Origin: a virus
DNA: 64,000 nucleotides
Reading direction: 5' to 3' (one strand)
Virus record (IMG/VR): IMGVR_UViG_3300031954_000001
Span: 1-64,000 of that record
The translations under genes were made by a program, and so were the position numbers. Below the pieces are notes generated by a model that saw only the letters and a program-made list of their open reading frames with translations, searched no databases and was not told the origin of the DNA. The first letter of the stretch is position 1. Each line of letters opens with the position of its first letter. Shown here piece after piece: positions 8,402 through 17,791 of the stretch.

Positions 8402-9968
8402 GAACCATAATCGAGTCCGCGCGGCGATCCGGGCCGGCGATGGCCGGCTCTTTCCCACCGATGGGAGGATCGGCACCGAGGACATCAGCGAGGTCCAGCG
8501 CGCGTACCGCCAGAGGGACCTGGCGCGCATCTGCACGCTGCGTGAGGACCGGGTCGGCCGCGCCTACGGCATGGAGACCGTCAAGGTCGCGGCTGCGTCA
8601 CGGTGGATGCGGTACCAGGACCAGCCCGAGGACTACTACCACTTCCGCGACAACGGCGGGCGCGTGCTGGCGGTCGCTCACCTGGACACCGTGGTGCGCG
8701 GGGATCGCCGCACGCCGCACTTCCGCCGTACGGCACACGGGCCGCTCATCGTCTCGGGCGCGCTGGATGACCGTCTCGGCGCGTACACCATCCTGCACCT
8801 GCTGCCCGAGCTGGGCATCACCTGCGACTGGCTGCTCACCGTGGGCGAGGAGTCCTGCTCGTCAACGGCGGAGTGGTTCAAGCCGGCCAAGGACTACGAC
8901 CACGTGATCGAGTTCGACCGGATGGGCACCGACGTCGTGATGTACCAGTACGACACGAGCACCAGCCGGGCAGCGGTGGAAGCGGCCGGCGCGGTGGTCG
9001 GCCACGGCACCTACTCCGACATCGCCTCCATGGAGCACCTGGGCGTCACGGGGCTCAACTGGGGTGTCGGCTACCGGGGCAACTACCACTCCGAGGAGGG
9101 CTTCGCCTACCTGCACGACACGTTCGCGATGGTGGCGAAGTACCAGCGGTTCCACGCGCAGAACGCCGGGCAGCCCATGCCATTCGACGGCTTCGAGTAC
9201 GGCAGCTACGGGCGCGACCGCGACGACCGCTACTTCGACTGCGAGTGGTGCGGTGAGAAGGAAACGGTCGATTCGGTCACGTGGTACTGCACGAACTGCG
9301 GCGCCTGCGAGGACTGCGGCGCGACCAACCCGGAGGTCGCGGCCGAGTGGAACGACCCGGACGTGGACGTCTGCCAGTGCTACGTGCCGTCCGGTGCCAG
9401 GCGCGAGCGCGACGATGACGACGACGGCGAGCACGCGCTCACCTGGGAGGAGTGGCTGGCCCGGCGGCCGGCTGGCCCGAAGGACACGGCGACGCCGCGT
9501 AGCAGCGCGGAGATCGCGGCTGACCTGGCGGACAGGTGGAACAGCCTCAGCCACCCGGCGATCGACGGCGCGGCGTTCGGTGAGAGCCGGCCGGCGCACC
9601 GTCCCGGTGAGTACCCGGTCAGCTGCCCGCTGTGCGCCGCCGCGTGGAAGACCGCGAACGCGGCCGAGGGCGGCGAGGCAGCACGTGCCGAGCTGATCGA
9701 CCAGGCTGCCCAAGGTGACGCCGAACGCGTCACGCTGGAGCAGGCGCGCGAAGTGCTGGGCCTGCCGGCCGGCGGCGCGCAGCTGATGACCGATGACGGC
9801 TGGGCCGGCTACCACGTCGCCGCGCTCAACCGCGCCAGCCGGGACCAGGCGACCTGCCACGGCGCGCGGTGCATCCTCGCGGCGCAGCAGACGCCGGGCG
9901 CGCACCAGCACGCCGGGCTGCCCGGCTGGTGGGTCGAACTGGATCAGGTCCGAGCGGTCGCGTCATGA
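8394..9968 (+). CDS. M28/M20-like Zn-dependent peptidase with C-terminal Zn ribbons
   Basis: AHLDTV, GALDDRLG, GEE, IEFDR, TYSDI, GY..YH ligand pattern of the M28 clan. Confidence 0.8.
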   Translation: MRKNHNRVRAAIRAGDGRLFPTDGRIGTEDISEVQRAYRQRDLARICTLREDRVGRAYGMETVKVAAASRWMRYQDQPEDYYHFRDNGGRVLAVAHLDTVVRGDRRTPHFRRTAHGPLIVSGALDDRLGAYTILHLLPELGITCDWLLTVGEESCSSTAEWFKPAKDYDHVIEFDRMGTDVVMYQYDTSTSRAAVEAAGAVVGHGTYSDIASMEHLGVTGLNWGVGYRGNYHSEEGFAYLHDTFAMVAKYQRFHAQNAGQPMPFDGFEYGSYGRDRDDRYFDCEWCGEKETVDSVTWYCTNCGACEDCGATNPEVAAEWNDPDVDVCQCYVPSGARRERDDDDDGEHALTWEEWLARRPAGPKDTATPRSSAEIAADLADRWNSLSHPAIDGAAFGESRPAHRPGEYPVSCPLCAAAWKTANAAEGGEAARAELIDQAAQGDAERVTLEQAREVLGLPAGGAQLMTDDGWAGYHVAALNRASRDQATCHGARCILAAQQTPGAHQHAGLPGWWVELDQVRAVAS

Positions 9969-10288
9969 CCGCGCAGCCGCCGGCCACGCCGATGGTGCTG
10001 GCCGGCCGGGGACCTGACCGCCGCGTGACCAACGCGGACGGCGAGCCCGTTCGCTGGCGCCAGGCCAGGAGCGACGGCGGATGGTGGTTCCGCGTCCGCC
10101 GCTCGCCCGGCCCTACCGGGGTGGAACTGATCGCCCGCATCCCCGGCTGGAACCAAGAGGCAGTGATCACCCAGCATGCGTCACAAGAGGACGCAGACCT
10201 GGCCGCGCGAGCGGCCTATGACGAGTACAGGGCCGCCGTGGATGCGGCCGTCAACGGCGCTCACAGCGCCCAACAGGAGGCATCATGA
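9965..10288 (+). CDS. Hypothetical protein
   Basis: ATGA overlap with upstream stop. Confidence 0.7.
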   Translation: MTAQPPATPMVLAGRGPDRRVTNADGEPVRWRQARSDGGWWFRVRRSPGPTGVELIARIPGWNQEAVITQHASQEDADLAARAAYDEYRAAVDAAVNGAHSAQQEAS

Positions 10289-10518
10289 CCATGACATCGA
10301 ACCCGGCTACCTGGCCGAAGCGCCGGCCGGCCGAAGTTCCCATCGGTGGGAGCAACCGCCGGCGCCGGCGCCACGGACGCAAGCCGACACCGAGCGCGGC
10401 CGAGCGTTACCTGGCCGCGCGCCGCGCGGACGCGATCCGCAACGGGATGCCGCACACCTGCGCGCTCACCCGCGAGGAGGCGGCTGCCCAGCAGTTCGCC
10501 AAGATGGCGGGTGCGTGA
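10285..10518 (+). CDS. Hypothetical protein
   Basis: AGGAGG RBS, ATGA overlap. Confidence 0.7.
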   Translation: MTMTSNPATWPKRRPAEVPIGGSNRRRRRHGRKPTPSAAERYLAARRADAIRNGMPHTCALTREEAAAQQFAKMAGA

Positions 10519-10742
10519 TGGCCAGGGGCGTCCGTGACACGCAGCGCCCGGCCGTCATGTTCGGCCCGGCGCTGGACATCGCGCCCGGCATCGTGTTCGC
10601 CACGAACACCGAGGCCGACTGCGTGGCCGAGTCGCGCCCGGACCAGCACGGCAACTTCGCCGGGCTGGACTCATCAGGCGCGCCGCGCCTGTTCTGGACG
10701 GGCACGGTGCCCGGCCACGAGAACTACCGGAGGACACGATGA
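10518..10742 (+). CDS. Hypothetical protein
   Basis: TGATG coupling. Confidence 0.65.
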   Translation: MARGVRDTQRPAVMFGPALDIAPGIVFATNTEADCVAESRPDQHGNFAGLDSSGAPRLFWTGTVPGHENYRRTR

Positions 10743-10915
10743 CCACATGGCGCGGCTGCAGGCTGGCCGCGAACTTCGCCAGCTACTGGCACGCCGCCCG
10801 CGACTTCGCCAGCGCCACGCTGTGCGGGATCCCGCTGGCCGGCAAGGGCATGAACGAGGGCCGGGTCACGAACGCGATGCGCGAGTGCCCGGCCTGCGCG
10901 CGAGCCGCAAAATGA
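10739..10915 (+). CDS. Small Zn-finger-like protein
   Basis: GGAGG RBS; WH..TLCG..CPAC. Confidence 0.6.
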   Translation: MTTWRGCRLAANFASYWHAARDFASATLCGIPLAGKGMNEGRVTNAMRECPACARAAK

Positions 10916-10940
10916 CACACCCGACAGACAGGATCAGGAC

Positions 10941-11516
10941 ATGGAACTAACCGGCAAGATCATCACGGTGCGGCGGATGCGCACCGACCACGGCAGCACG
11001 TTCATCCGCATCACGATCGCCCGCGACGGAGCGATGGACTCCAGCGCGGTGCCGCTGACCTACCTGCACAGCTTCGAGCCGATCCCGGCCAGGGGCAACC
11101 GCATCACGATCACGGGCATGCCCATGATGACGAGCCCGCGCAAGGGCAGCTACCGCACCAACATCGGCGGCGTGGAGGTGATCGTCCACGACCCGGACGC
11201 GCCCGATGGCCAGCGCAACCGCTGGGAGCCCGGCAAGTGGGCCTGTTTCGAGTACCACTGCGAGGAGTCCGAGGACAGCAGCGACGCCGAGCTATGGCAC
11301 CGCACGCACCAGCTCGTGTGCGTGCTCAGCGGGCCGCCGGATCGCGAGGTGGCGGACTACCCGCCGACCGCGTGGGAGCGCGGCGAGGAAGGGATGCCGT
11401 ACACCTACCAGGTGCAGTTCCCGGACGGGTACGTGGGCACCGTGTGGGAGGACGAACTGCTGGTCAGCGGGCGGTACTTCACCCGCCCGGACTACGTGGC
11501 GCAGGAGGCATCGTGA
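10941..11516 (+). CDS. Hypothetical protein
   Basis: CAGGA RBS; codon bias. Confidence 0.8.
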   Translation: MELTGKIITVRRMRTDHGSTFIRITIARDGAMDSSAVPLTYLHSFEPIPARGNRITITGMPMMTSPRKGSYRTNIGGVEVIVHDPDAPDGQRNRWEPGKWACFEYHCEESEDSSDAELWHRTHQLVCVLSGPPDREVADYPPTAWERGEEGMPYTYQVQFPDGYVGTVWEDELLVSGRYFTRPDYVAQEAS

Positions 11517-11710
11517 GCGAGTACGTCTGGGTCTGGGAACCGGACGGGCCGGACGGCGCCGGCTTCTACGCCACCGTGGCAAACGTCGGCCCGGATACCA
11601 CGCTCGTCCGCGTGGTGACGCGCGGGACGCTGCAGCGCCGCGAGATCGGCACGCTGGTCCGCGTGCCGAACCGGTGCGTTATTCACAACGGGACAGGAGA
11701 CACCCCATGA
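11513..11710 (+). CDS. Hypothetical protein
   Basis: AGGAGG RBS, GTGA overlap. Confidence 0.65.
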   Translation: MSEYVWVWEPDGPDGAGFYATVANVGPDTTLVRVVTRGTLQRREIGTLVRVPNRCVIHNGTGDTP

Positions 11711-12234
11711 GCGAGTACGTGACCACCGCAGCGCAGCGCCCGCGCCCGGACGCCTGCGAGTTCGACGGCTACCGGGCCGTGGGCGACCTGGGCGACGAGC
11801 GGTACTGGCACTGTGAGCGCGAGCCGCTGATGATCGTGTGGACCGCCACGGGCGCGCTGTGGGCGTGCGGCTATCACGCCGAGGACGCCGGCTACGAACC
11901 GCACGAGTGCCAGGCATGCGGCACACGGAACCTGGTGGACCGGGAGACCCGCTGGGCGATCGGCCCGCGCGACCACCCGGACTACGAGCCCGACCAGTGC
12001 CCGCGCTGCGGCGCGCCGTTGTGCGACGGCTGCGCGCTGGCGCCCGGCATCCACACCTGCGAGGACGACCCGCGCCGCACGCTGCCGGGCCACCCGGTCG
12101 CGGCAGGCAGCGCGGGCCACGACTGCTGCTGCGGCGGCTGCGCGAGCCTGCCCGAGCGCAAGCGCGAGCAGGCCGAGCTGGAGCGCCGGGTGCGGACTGG
12201 CCCGCACGGCGATGACCCCCGGCTCATCAACTGA
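11707..12234 (+). CDS. Cys-rich Zn-binding hypothetical protein
   Basis: CAGGAGAC RBS; several CxxC. Confidence 0.75.
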   Translation: MSEYVTTAAQRPRPDACEFDGYRAVGDLGDERYWHCEREPLMIVWTATGALWACGYHAEDAGYEPHECQACGTRNLVDRETRWAIGPRDHPDYEPDQCPRCGAPLCDGCALAPGIHTCEDDPRRTLPGHPVAAGSAGHDCCCGGCASLPERKREQAELERRVRTGPHGDDPRLIN

Positions 12235-12282
12235 ACTTCCCACCAGTGGGAGCAACCCGAGAACGAACAGGAGATAGACATC

Positions 12283-13416
12283 ATGTCCCAAACCACCATC
12301 ACCGCCGGGTCGATCACCGACCTGCTCACGATCGTGCCGAGCCTGATCGGCTTCCAGCCGGCCGACAGCGTAGTCATCGTCGGTCTCAAGCCAAGCAGCC
12401 AGATCCACGTCACGCTCCGGTATGACCTGCCGTCCGACGCGGACCAGCTGATCTCGCTCGCCAAGCACGCCATGGCCGTGCTGGACAGCGCCGACATCGG
12501 CACCCTGGTCGCCGTGATCTACGGCACGAAGGACCAGGGCGATCCGGTCGCCGACGTGCTGGCCTTCGTGGCCGCCCGGTCTGACATCACGATCCGCGAC
12601 ACCCTCCGGGTGGCCGGAGGCCGGTACTGGTCCTACAGCTGCGCCGACGAGGGCTGCTGCCCGGCTGCCGGAACGCCGTTCACTCCCGGCACGCCGCCAG
12701 CCGAGCTGGGCGTGCCGGTCCTGGCCGACCGCGACCAGCTGGCCGAGAGCATCGCACCGCTACGCGACGGGGCCGGATTCATGCAGCTGGCCATCGAGCA
12801 CGCGGCCCACACCGACGTCGCGACAGCCCTGACCGCGGTCCAGACCCTCATCGCCCGGTACCAGGCCGGCGAGGACTACGGCACCGAGACTGAGATGGCC
12901 ACGGCGCTGGTCGGGCTGCGGCACCTGCGGGTGCGGGATGACGCCTGGTCCCGGATGGACCCGGAGTTCACAGGCGCGCACCTGCGGCTGTGGACCGAGC
13001 TGACCCGCCGCGCGCAGCCGGGCTACGTGGCCGCGCCGGCGTCACTGCTGGCGTTCGTGGCCTGGCAGTCCGGGAACGGCGCGCTGGCCAACGTCGCGCT
13101 GGACCGGGCGCTAGCCGACAACCCGCACTATTCGATGGCCCAGCTGCTCCGGCAGGTGATCACGGCCGGCGCGCCGCCGTCACTGGCTCGGCTGCCGATG
13201 ACCCCCGAGGAGGTCGCGGCCAGCTACGCCGAGCAGGACGCCGCCGGCATAGACCCGGACGCCTCGTACGGGCTGCGGGTGGACGGCCAGTACTGGATGG
13301 ACGCGGACGGCCGCACCACCTGGCCGGGCCGGGACGCGATAGCGCTGGCCGAGCACCTGGAAGGCGCGGACTACGACGACATCGTGTTCGTGCCCGCCGA
13401 CGACATGCCGGTCTGA
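12283..13416 (+). CDS. DUF4192 family protein
   Basis: VPSLIGFQPADSVV, RVRDDAW, LWTELTRRA, APASLLAFVAWQSGNGALANVALDRAL..YSMAQLL. Confidence 0.9.
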   Translation: MSQTTITAGSITDLLTIVPSLIGFQPADSVVIVGLKPSSQIHVTLRYDLPSDADQLISLAKHAMAVLDSADIGTLVAVIYGTKDQGDPVADVLAFVAARSDITIRDTLRVAGGRYWSYSCADEGCCPAAGTPFTPGTPPAELGVPVLADRDQLAESIAPLRDGAGFMQLAIEHAAHTDVATALTAVQTLIARYQAGEDYGTETEMATALVGLRHLRVRDDAWSRMDPEFTGAHLRLWTELTRRAQPGYVAAPASLLAFVAWQSGNGALANVALDRALADNPHYSMAQLLRQVITAGAPPSLARLPMTPEEVAASYAEQDAAGIDPDASYGLRVDGQYWMDADGRTTWPGRDAIALAEHLEGADYDDIVFVPADDMPV

Positions 13417-13445
13417 TCCGGCGATACCGAACAGGAGACAGAACC

Positions 13446-14180
13446 ATGACCACCGAAACCAAGGACGCCAGCTACGGCATCGAGGCGGACGGCCCGTTCG
13501 GCTACACCCGGGCCAGCGTGGAACGCGCCCTTGAGGTGCACCAGCGCCAGCGGCGCATCATCCGCTGGGTCCGCGACCCGGACCACGGCGAGGGCCACGT
13601 GATCACGCTCAACCTAGGCGAGACGGTCACCACACGCAGCCTGCGCGAGACCAGGCTGGTCGTGCTGGGGCTGGCCAGCGCCGGGCACGCGTACACGATT
13701 CCCGGCCGGGTCGGCAGCCCGGCCATGCCCGTCGTGTCCGCACTGGACATCGGCAGCAACGAGTTCGTGTGCGTCGTGCTGCAGACCGGCCGGCCGGCCG
13801 ACGAGCCGCACTACGGGACGATCACCGGCTACCGGGCGGCTGACGGGTCCTGGCAGGCCACGGGCGGCGTGTACGACTTCCCGAGCGTCGGGGAGGCGAA
13901 CCGCAACGCGGCCGAGCGAGCCGGCATCCCGGTGGCCACCAGGCGCCTGCGCCGGCAGCGCGCGCTCGCCGTGCTGACCAGCCGGCCGTACGGCAAGAGC
14001 CAGGAGTCGGCCGAGGCGCTGCTGGAGCGCGCCGAGCGAGGGCTGGAGAACGGAAGGGACCGCACCTGGATGTGCTCCGGCCGGGCGGCCGTGATCGCGT
14101 ACCACAACGGGAACGACATCCGTTTCGACATCCGTGACCGGGATCCCGACCAGATCCCGGCCGACCACGACATCAGCTAG
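13446..14180 (+). CDS. Hypothetical protein
   Basis: GAACAGGAGAC RBS. Confidence 0.8.
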   Translation: MTTETKDASYGIEADGPFGYTRASVERALEVHQRQRRIIRWVRDPDHGEGHVITLNLGETVTTRSLRETRLVVLGLASAGHAYTIPGRVGSPAMPVVSALDIGSNEFVCVVLQTGRPADEPHYGTITGYRAADGSWQATGGVYDFPSVGEANRNAAERAGIPVATRRLRRQRALAVLTSRPYGKSQESAEALLERAERGLENGRDRTWMCSGRAAVIAYHNGNDIRFDIRDRDPDQIPADHDIS

Positions 14181-14189
14181 GAGGCTGAC

Positions 14190-14441
14190 ATGGCACAGAA
14201 CGGCAGCTGGCAGCTGATCGACTCGCAGGGCACCGAGATCGAGCCCGGTCAGACGATCATCGACTTCCGCGACAGCGCGCACGTGTTCCACGCGATCACC
14301 AAGGTGCCGGGCGGCAACTCGGGCGGCAGGATCCAGGTGGGCGACGGCTTCGGGCCGGAGTACTACCCGTCCGTGTTCGGGCTGCGGATCATCGCCCGAA
14401 CCCCGGTCCCGAGCGAGTTCAGCTCGCTGACCGACGACTGA
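14190..14441 (+). CDS. Hypothetical protein
   Basis: AGGAGG RBS; YYPSVFGL motif. Confidence 0.8.
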   Translation: MAQNGSWQLIDSQGTEIEPGQTIIDFRDSAHVFHAITKVPGGNSGGRIQVGDGFGPEYYPSVFGLRIIARTPVPSEFSSLTDD

Positions 14442-14475
14442 TGCGCCGGCCAGGCCGGCGCGAGAGGAGGCAAGC

Positions 14476-14874
14476 ATGACCAAGAACCACGCGACCGGCC
14501 TGGCGGCGTTCCACGGGCCGGGCAAGACAATCACCCGCGAGTGCGAGTGCGGCACGCTGGTCACCGTGACCGGCGTGTCGGGCGGGTCCAACATGTGCGA
14601 CGAGTGCGCGGCCAAGCTGATCGCCGTGCTGTTCGACGGCGCGCCGATGCCGCCCGAATACCTGTTCCCGCTGGATGAGGTCCCGCTGGACGGCGAGGGG
14701 CGGCCGGTGTCGTGCGGGCTGCGCACCGATCTGCCCAAGCGCGACCGGCGCCACCGCCAGGTGTACCTGGGCACGGACATGCGCCACGCCAACGACGGCG
14801 GGATCGAGGAGCTGCACATCTTCGCCTGCGGTGAATGCGGGCGGGATAAGCAGACCCGGACGCCACCGGCCTGA
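14476..14874 (+). CDS. Zn-binding hypothetical protein
   Basis: AGGAGG RBS; CxC and CxxC motifs. Confidence 0.75.
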   Translation: MTKNHATGLAAFHGPGKTITRECECGTLVTVTGVSGGSNMCDECAAKLIAVLFDGAPMPPEYLFPLDEVPLDGEGRPVSCGLRTDLPKRDRRHRQVYLGTDMRHANDGGIEELHIFACGECGRDKQTRTPPA

Positions 14875-14896
14875 ACCTCCCACCGATGGGAGCAAC

Positions 14897-14962
14897 CTAG
14901 CGAAACCCCCGGAAGGGGGTCCGTGCGGAGACGAGCGCCCGCGCGCTGAACGAGCTAGCTCA
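14897..14962 (+). ncRNA. Type II hammerhead ribozyme (core variant CUGAACGA)
   Basis: Stem II ctagc/gctag; GAAA; stem III accccc-GGAA-gggggt; GUC triplet at 14919-14921; 7-bp stem I; loop I gagc can pair with 3' gctc. Confidence 0.8.
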
Positions 14963-14984
14963 CGAACAGTACAGGAGAACGTAC

Positions 14985-15605
14985 ATGACCAACTTCATCA
15001 CCACCGAGGCCGGCTACCAGATCCCGGACGAGGCCGGCATCCCGCAGATCGCCCCCGGCGACCGCGTTCCCGTCACCGTCGTCCCGCCGCGGCGCTGGTA
15101 CAAGCACCCGCTAACCTGGGTCGCAGTTAGCGCCGCCCTGGTCGGCATCGCGGTCACGCTGATGTTTACCATCGGCCGTCCCAGCAGCCAGGCCGCCACC
15201 AGCCAGGCCCCGGCGCAGCCCGCGACCAGCGCCCCGGCGACCAACCAGCCCACCACGCCATCCCCGGCGAGCCAGATCACGTCCTGGTGGGCCAGCACCG
15301 GCCAGGCCGACACGAACACCGTCCAGGCCGACCTAGGGAACGTCTCACGGGATGCGGGCAACCAGAACCTGGCCGCCGTCGAATCGGACGGGGCCACCCT
15401 GTCCGCCGACGCACAGACCGCGCTCGCCGACACGCCGGCTTCCCCGGCCGGGTTTACCACGCCGTACCGGAACGCGATGACCGCGCTCACCCAGGCGGGT
15501 AATGACATGAGCGCAGGCGACATCACTGGCGCCACGTCCGAGATGCGAACGGGCACAGCCGACATAGGCCAGGCAACCGCCTACGTCCAGTCGCTGAACG
15601 GCTAG
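14985..15605 (+). CDS. Membrane-anchored protein
   Basis: Single TM segment, Pro/Ala/Thr linker, helical C-terminal domain. Confidence 0.8.
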   Translation: MTNFITTEAGYQIPDEAGIPQIAPGDRVPVTVVPPRRWYKHPLTWVAVSAALVGIAVTLMFTIGRPSSQAATSQAPAQPATSAPATNQPTTPSPASQITSWWASTGQADTNTVQADLGNVSRDAGNQNLAAVESDGATLSADAQTALADTPASPAGFTTPYRNAMTALTQAGNDMSAGDITGATSEMRTGTADIGQATAYVQSLNG

Positions 15606-15615
15606 CCGATCCTGG

Positions 15616-15654
15616 GGGCCGGCCACGGTGCCCGCGCGCGCCGTGGCCGGTCTC
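15616..15654 (+). terminator. GC-rich hairpin related to the central stem of the repeated RNA motif
   Basis: ccggccacggtgc...gcgccgtggccgg immediately after a stop codon. Confidence 0.5.
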
Positions 15655-15693
15655 ACCCGACCATAACCAAGATCACCTGACAGGAGACAGACC

Positions 15694-15957
15694 ATGCTCA
15701 CGATCAACGTGGACCGCGAGGCCGCGCCACGCCTGCGACTGCTGGTCGCCACGGCGCGGGACCTGAACGACAGGGACCCGTACAGCCCGGAGCAGCTGAT
15801 CGCCCAAGCCGAACTGATCGCCGCCGCCTGCGGGCTGGACAAGGCGGTCGTGCTGGGCCTGGCCGCAGCGATCCGCGACTACGCGCCGGTCAACATCACC
15901 AGCACCGAGCCCGTTCGCCCGCAGTGGCTGTACGGCGGCGAGAGGCCGACGCCGTGA
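15694..15957 (+). CDS. Hypothetical protein
   Basis: CAGGAGAC RBS. Confidence 0.75.
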   Translation: MLTINVDREAAPRLRLLVATARDLNDRDPYSPEQLIAQAELIAAACGLDKAVVLGLAAAIRDYAPVNITSTEPVRPQWLYGGERPTP

Positions 15958-16103
15958 CGCCCGGGCAATGGGTGCGCGACACCTGGACCGGGCTGTGGGT
16001 CCAGGTGGTCGCCGGCGCCCAGCAGGAGGGCTACACCACCATCGCATTCCCGCGCGGACCGGTAGTCGCGGTCCGCACCGAGCACCTGGAGGTACAACCG
16101 TGA
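15954..16103 (+). CDS. Small hypothetical protein
   Basis: GTGA overlaps at both ends. Confidence 0.55.
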   Translation: MTPGQWVRDTWTGLWVQVVAGAQQEGYTTIAFPRGPVVAVRTEHLEVQP

Positions 16104-16372
16104 AACTGATCATCCGCACCCAGCCCGAGCCCGACCACGACGGCCTGGTCGCCGTCATCGAGGACTACCAGGGCCAGGTCCCGCGCGCCGGGGAGTTCAT
16201 CTTCCACCCGCCGCTGGACGACGACGGTCGCAGCGACCTGTCGGTGCACGGCTGCCAGGTCATGAGCGTCAAATCGGTGACCTGGGGCATCATCATGCGC
16301 CCGGGACGCCTGCGCGGCGAGCCGAAGTGCTTCACCGGCCGGACCGAGCCGATGGTGGAGGTGTGGGTCTGA
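16100..16372 (+). CDS. Hypothetical protein
   Basis: GGAGG RBS, GTG start. Confidence 0.7.
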   Translation: MKLIIRTQPEPDHDGLVAVIEDYQGQVPRAGEFIFHPPLDDDGRSDLSVHGCQVMSVKSVTWGIIMRPGRLRGEPKCFTGRTEPMVEVWV

Positions 16373-16716
16373 TGACCGGCCAGATCCCGAAGTACGGCAA
16401 GAACTTCCGGCTGGAGCAAATCCCCGGCTATCACGAGACCCTGGCCCACCGGGCCTACGTCCTCAAGCATGACGCCAGCTGGTTCATCCGGTCGGACAAG
16501 ACGTCCGAGCGGTGGCAGGTGTTCCACAGCCCGAGCAGCCGCATGCGCAACACGGCCACGCCCATGGGCAAGCCCCAGCCGACGCTGACCAGGGCGATGA
16601 ACCTGCTGCTGGACGGCATCGCAGACGGGTTCTACATCACCGACACGGCCAACAGGATCCTCCCACCAGTGGGAGTAACGGCCAGGGCTGATTCGCCTGT
16701 TCCGTATACCGCGTGA
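16372..16716 (+). CDS. Hypothetical protein
   Basis: TGATG coupling. Confidence 0.7.
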   Translation: MTGQIPKYGKNFRLEQIPGYHETLAHRAYVLKHDASWFIRSDKTSERWQVFHSPSSRMRNTATPMGKPQPTLTRAMNLLLDGIADGFYITDTANRILPPVGVTARADSPVPYTA

Positions 16717-16723
16717 TACAATA
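16696..16723 (+). promoter_or_regulatory. Extended -10 promoter, copy 1
   Basis: cctgt-N3-gtatacc-N2-gTGaTACAATa, near-identical to 23425-23452. Confidence 0.65.
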
Positions 16724-16765
16724 AGTAGCGGGGCCGGCCAGCACGGCAGCCCCGGAACGGGAGAC

Positions 16766-17152
16766 ATGCACATGTCCAAGACACCCCGTGACCAGCGAGA
16801 CGGCGACGGGACGATCGTCATGCTGCTCACACCAACCCAGGAGGCCGAAGTCCAGCACGGCCTGGACATCGACGCCGCGGACGGCAACGCCGACTGGGGC
16901 TACGTGGTCCGCGCCGGGCGCGCATACCGGCTGTTCATCCGGCCTGGCCAGGAGAACCTGGACGCCGCGCTGTACCGGATCACGTCCAGCCGGGACATCC
17001 CGGCCGACAACGCCAGCGACAGCTTCAACAGCCCCGGCGAGCGGCTGGGCTACCTGAGCCTGGCGCGCTCACTGGAAGCGCTGACGCAGCGGCTCATCGC
17101 CATCGTCGGCGGCCCGGAAGCGTTCAGTCCGGACGTACGGCGCTGGATCTGA
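16766..17152 (+). CDS. Hypothetical protein
   Basis: GGGAGAC RBS (start 16766 or 16772). Confidence 0.75.
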   Translation: MHMSKTPRDQRDGDGTIVMLLTPTQEAEVQHGLDIDAADGNADWGYVVRAGRAYRLFIRPGQENLDAALYRITSSRDIPADNASDSFNSPGERLGYLSLARSLEALTQRLIAIVGGPEAFSPDVRRWI

Positions 17153-17171
17153 GGAGGACCACATGACCGCA

Positions 17172-17213
17172 ATCAGGGGGGAATCCGGAACCTGAGCATC
17201 AGGGGGGAATCCG
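17172..17213. repeat. 16-bp direct repeat atcaggggggaatccg x2
   Basis: Copies at 17172-17187 and 17198-17213. Confidence 0.85.
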
Positions 17214-17251
17214 AGATCAACCAGGTCAATCACCAAACAGGAGGCACGACC

Positions 17252-17791
17252 ATGACCAAGACCAGGACCAAGGACACCACAATCTACGAATCGGACCCGA
17301 GCCTAGTCAGCGGCAGCTCGCTGCGGGCCGAACGGCTGGACGACGGGCGGCTGCGGCTGAACGTCGGCTACCCGGTGACCATCGGCGGCGCGCCGATCAC
17401 CAAGCAGGAGGTGTGCGTCGTGCTGGACGCCGCCCAGGAGGACGCGCTGCTCAGCGCCCTGGCGGTCAAGCAGGTCGGCGCCGACCCCACCTGGACCGTA
17501 CTGGGCATATGGGACAACGACGAGGCCGTCCCGGTCGGCGCGATCCTGGGCACACACAGCGTGCACGGCGACCCGCCCGGCGAGCGGGCCTGGCGCGAGC
17601 TGGCCAACGACCCGAACTTTTTCGGTTTCGACACGTCCAGCTTCTACGAGCAGGGCGTGTGGGCCGAGACGGTCACCGCGTCCGATGGTGACACCGCGCA
17701 GGATCTCGCGGTCGAAGCGATGATGCGCGCCCAGCACGAGGACGACGACGAGGGCGAGAGCGACGACGAAAACGAGGAGAACAAGGCATGA
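17252..17791 (+). CDS. Hypothetical protein
   Basis: CAGGAGG RBS. Confidence 0.8.
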   Translation: MTKTRTKDTTIYESDPSLVSGSSLRAERLDDGRLRLNVGYPVTIGGAPITKQEVCVVLDAAQEDALLSALAVKQVGADPTWTVLGIWDNDEAVPVGAILGTHSVHGDPPGERAWRELANDPNFFGFDTSSFYEQGVWAETVTASDGDTAQDLAVEAMMRAQHEDDDEGESDDENEENKA

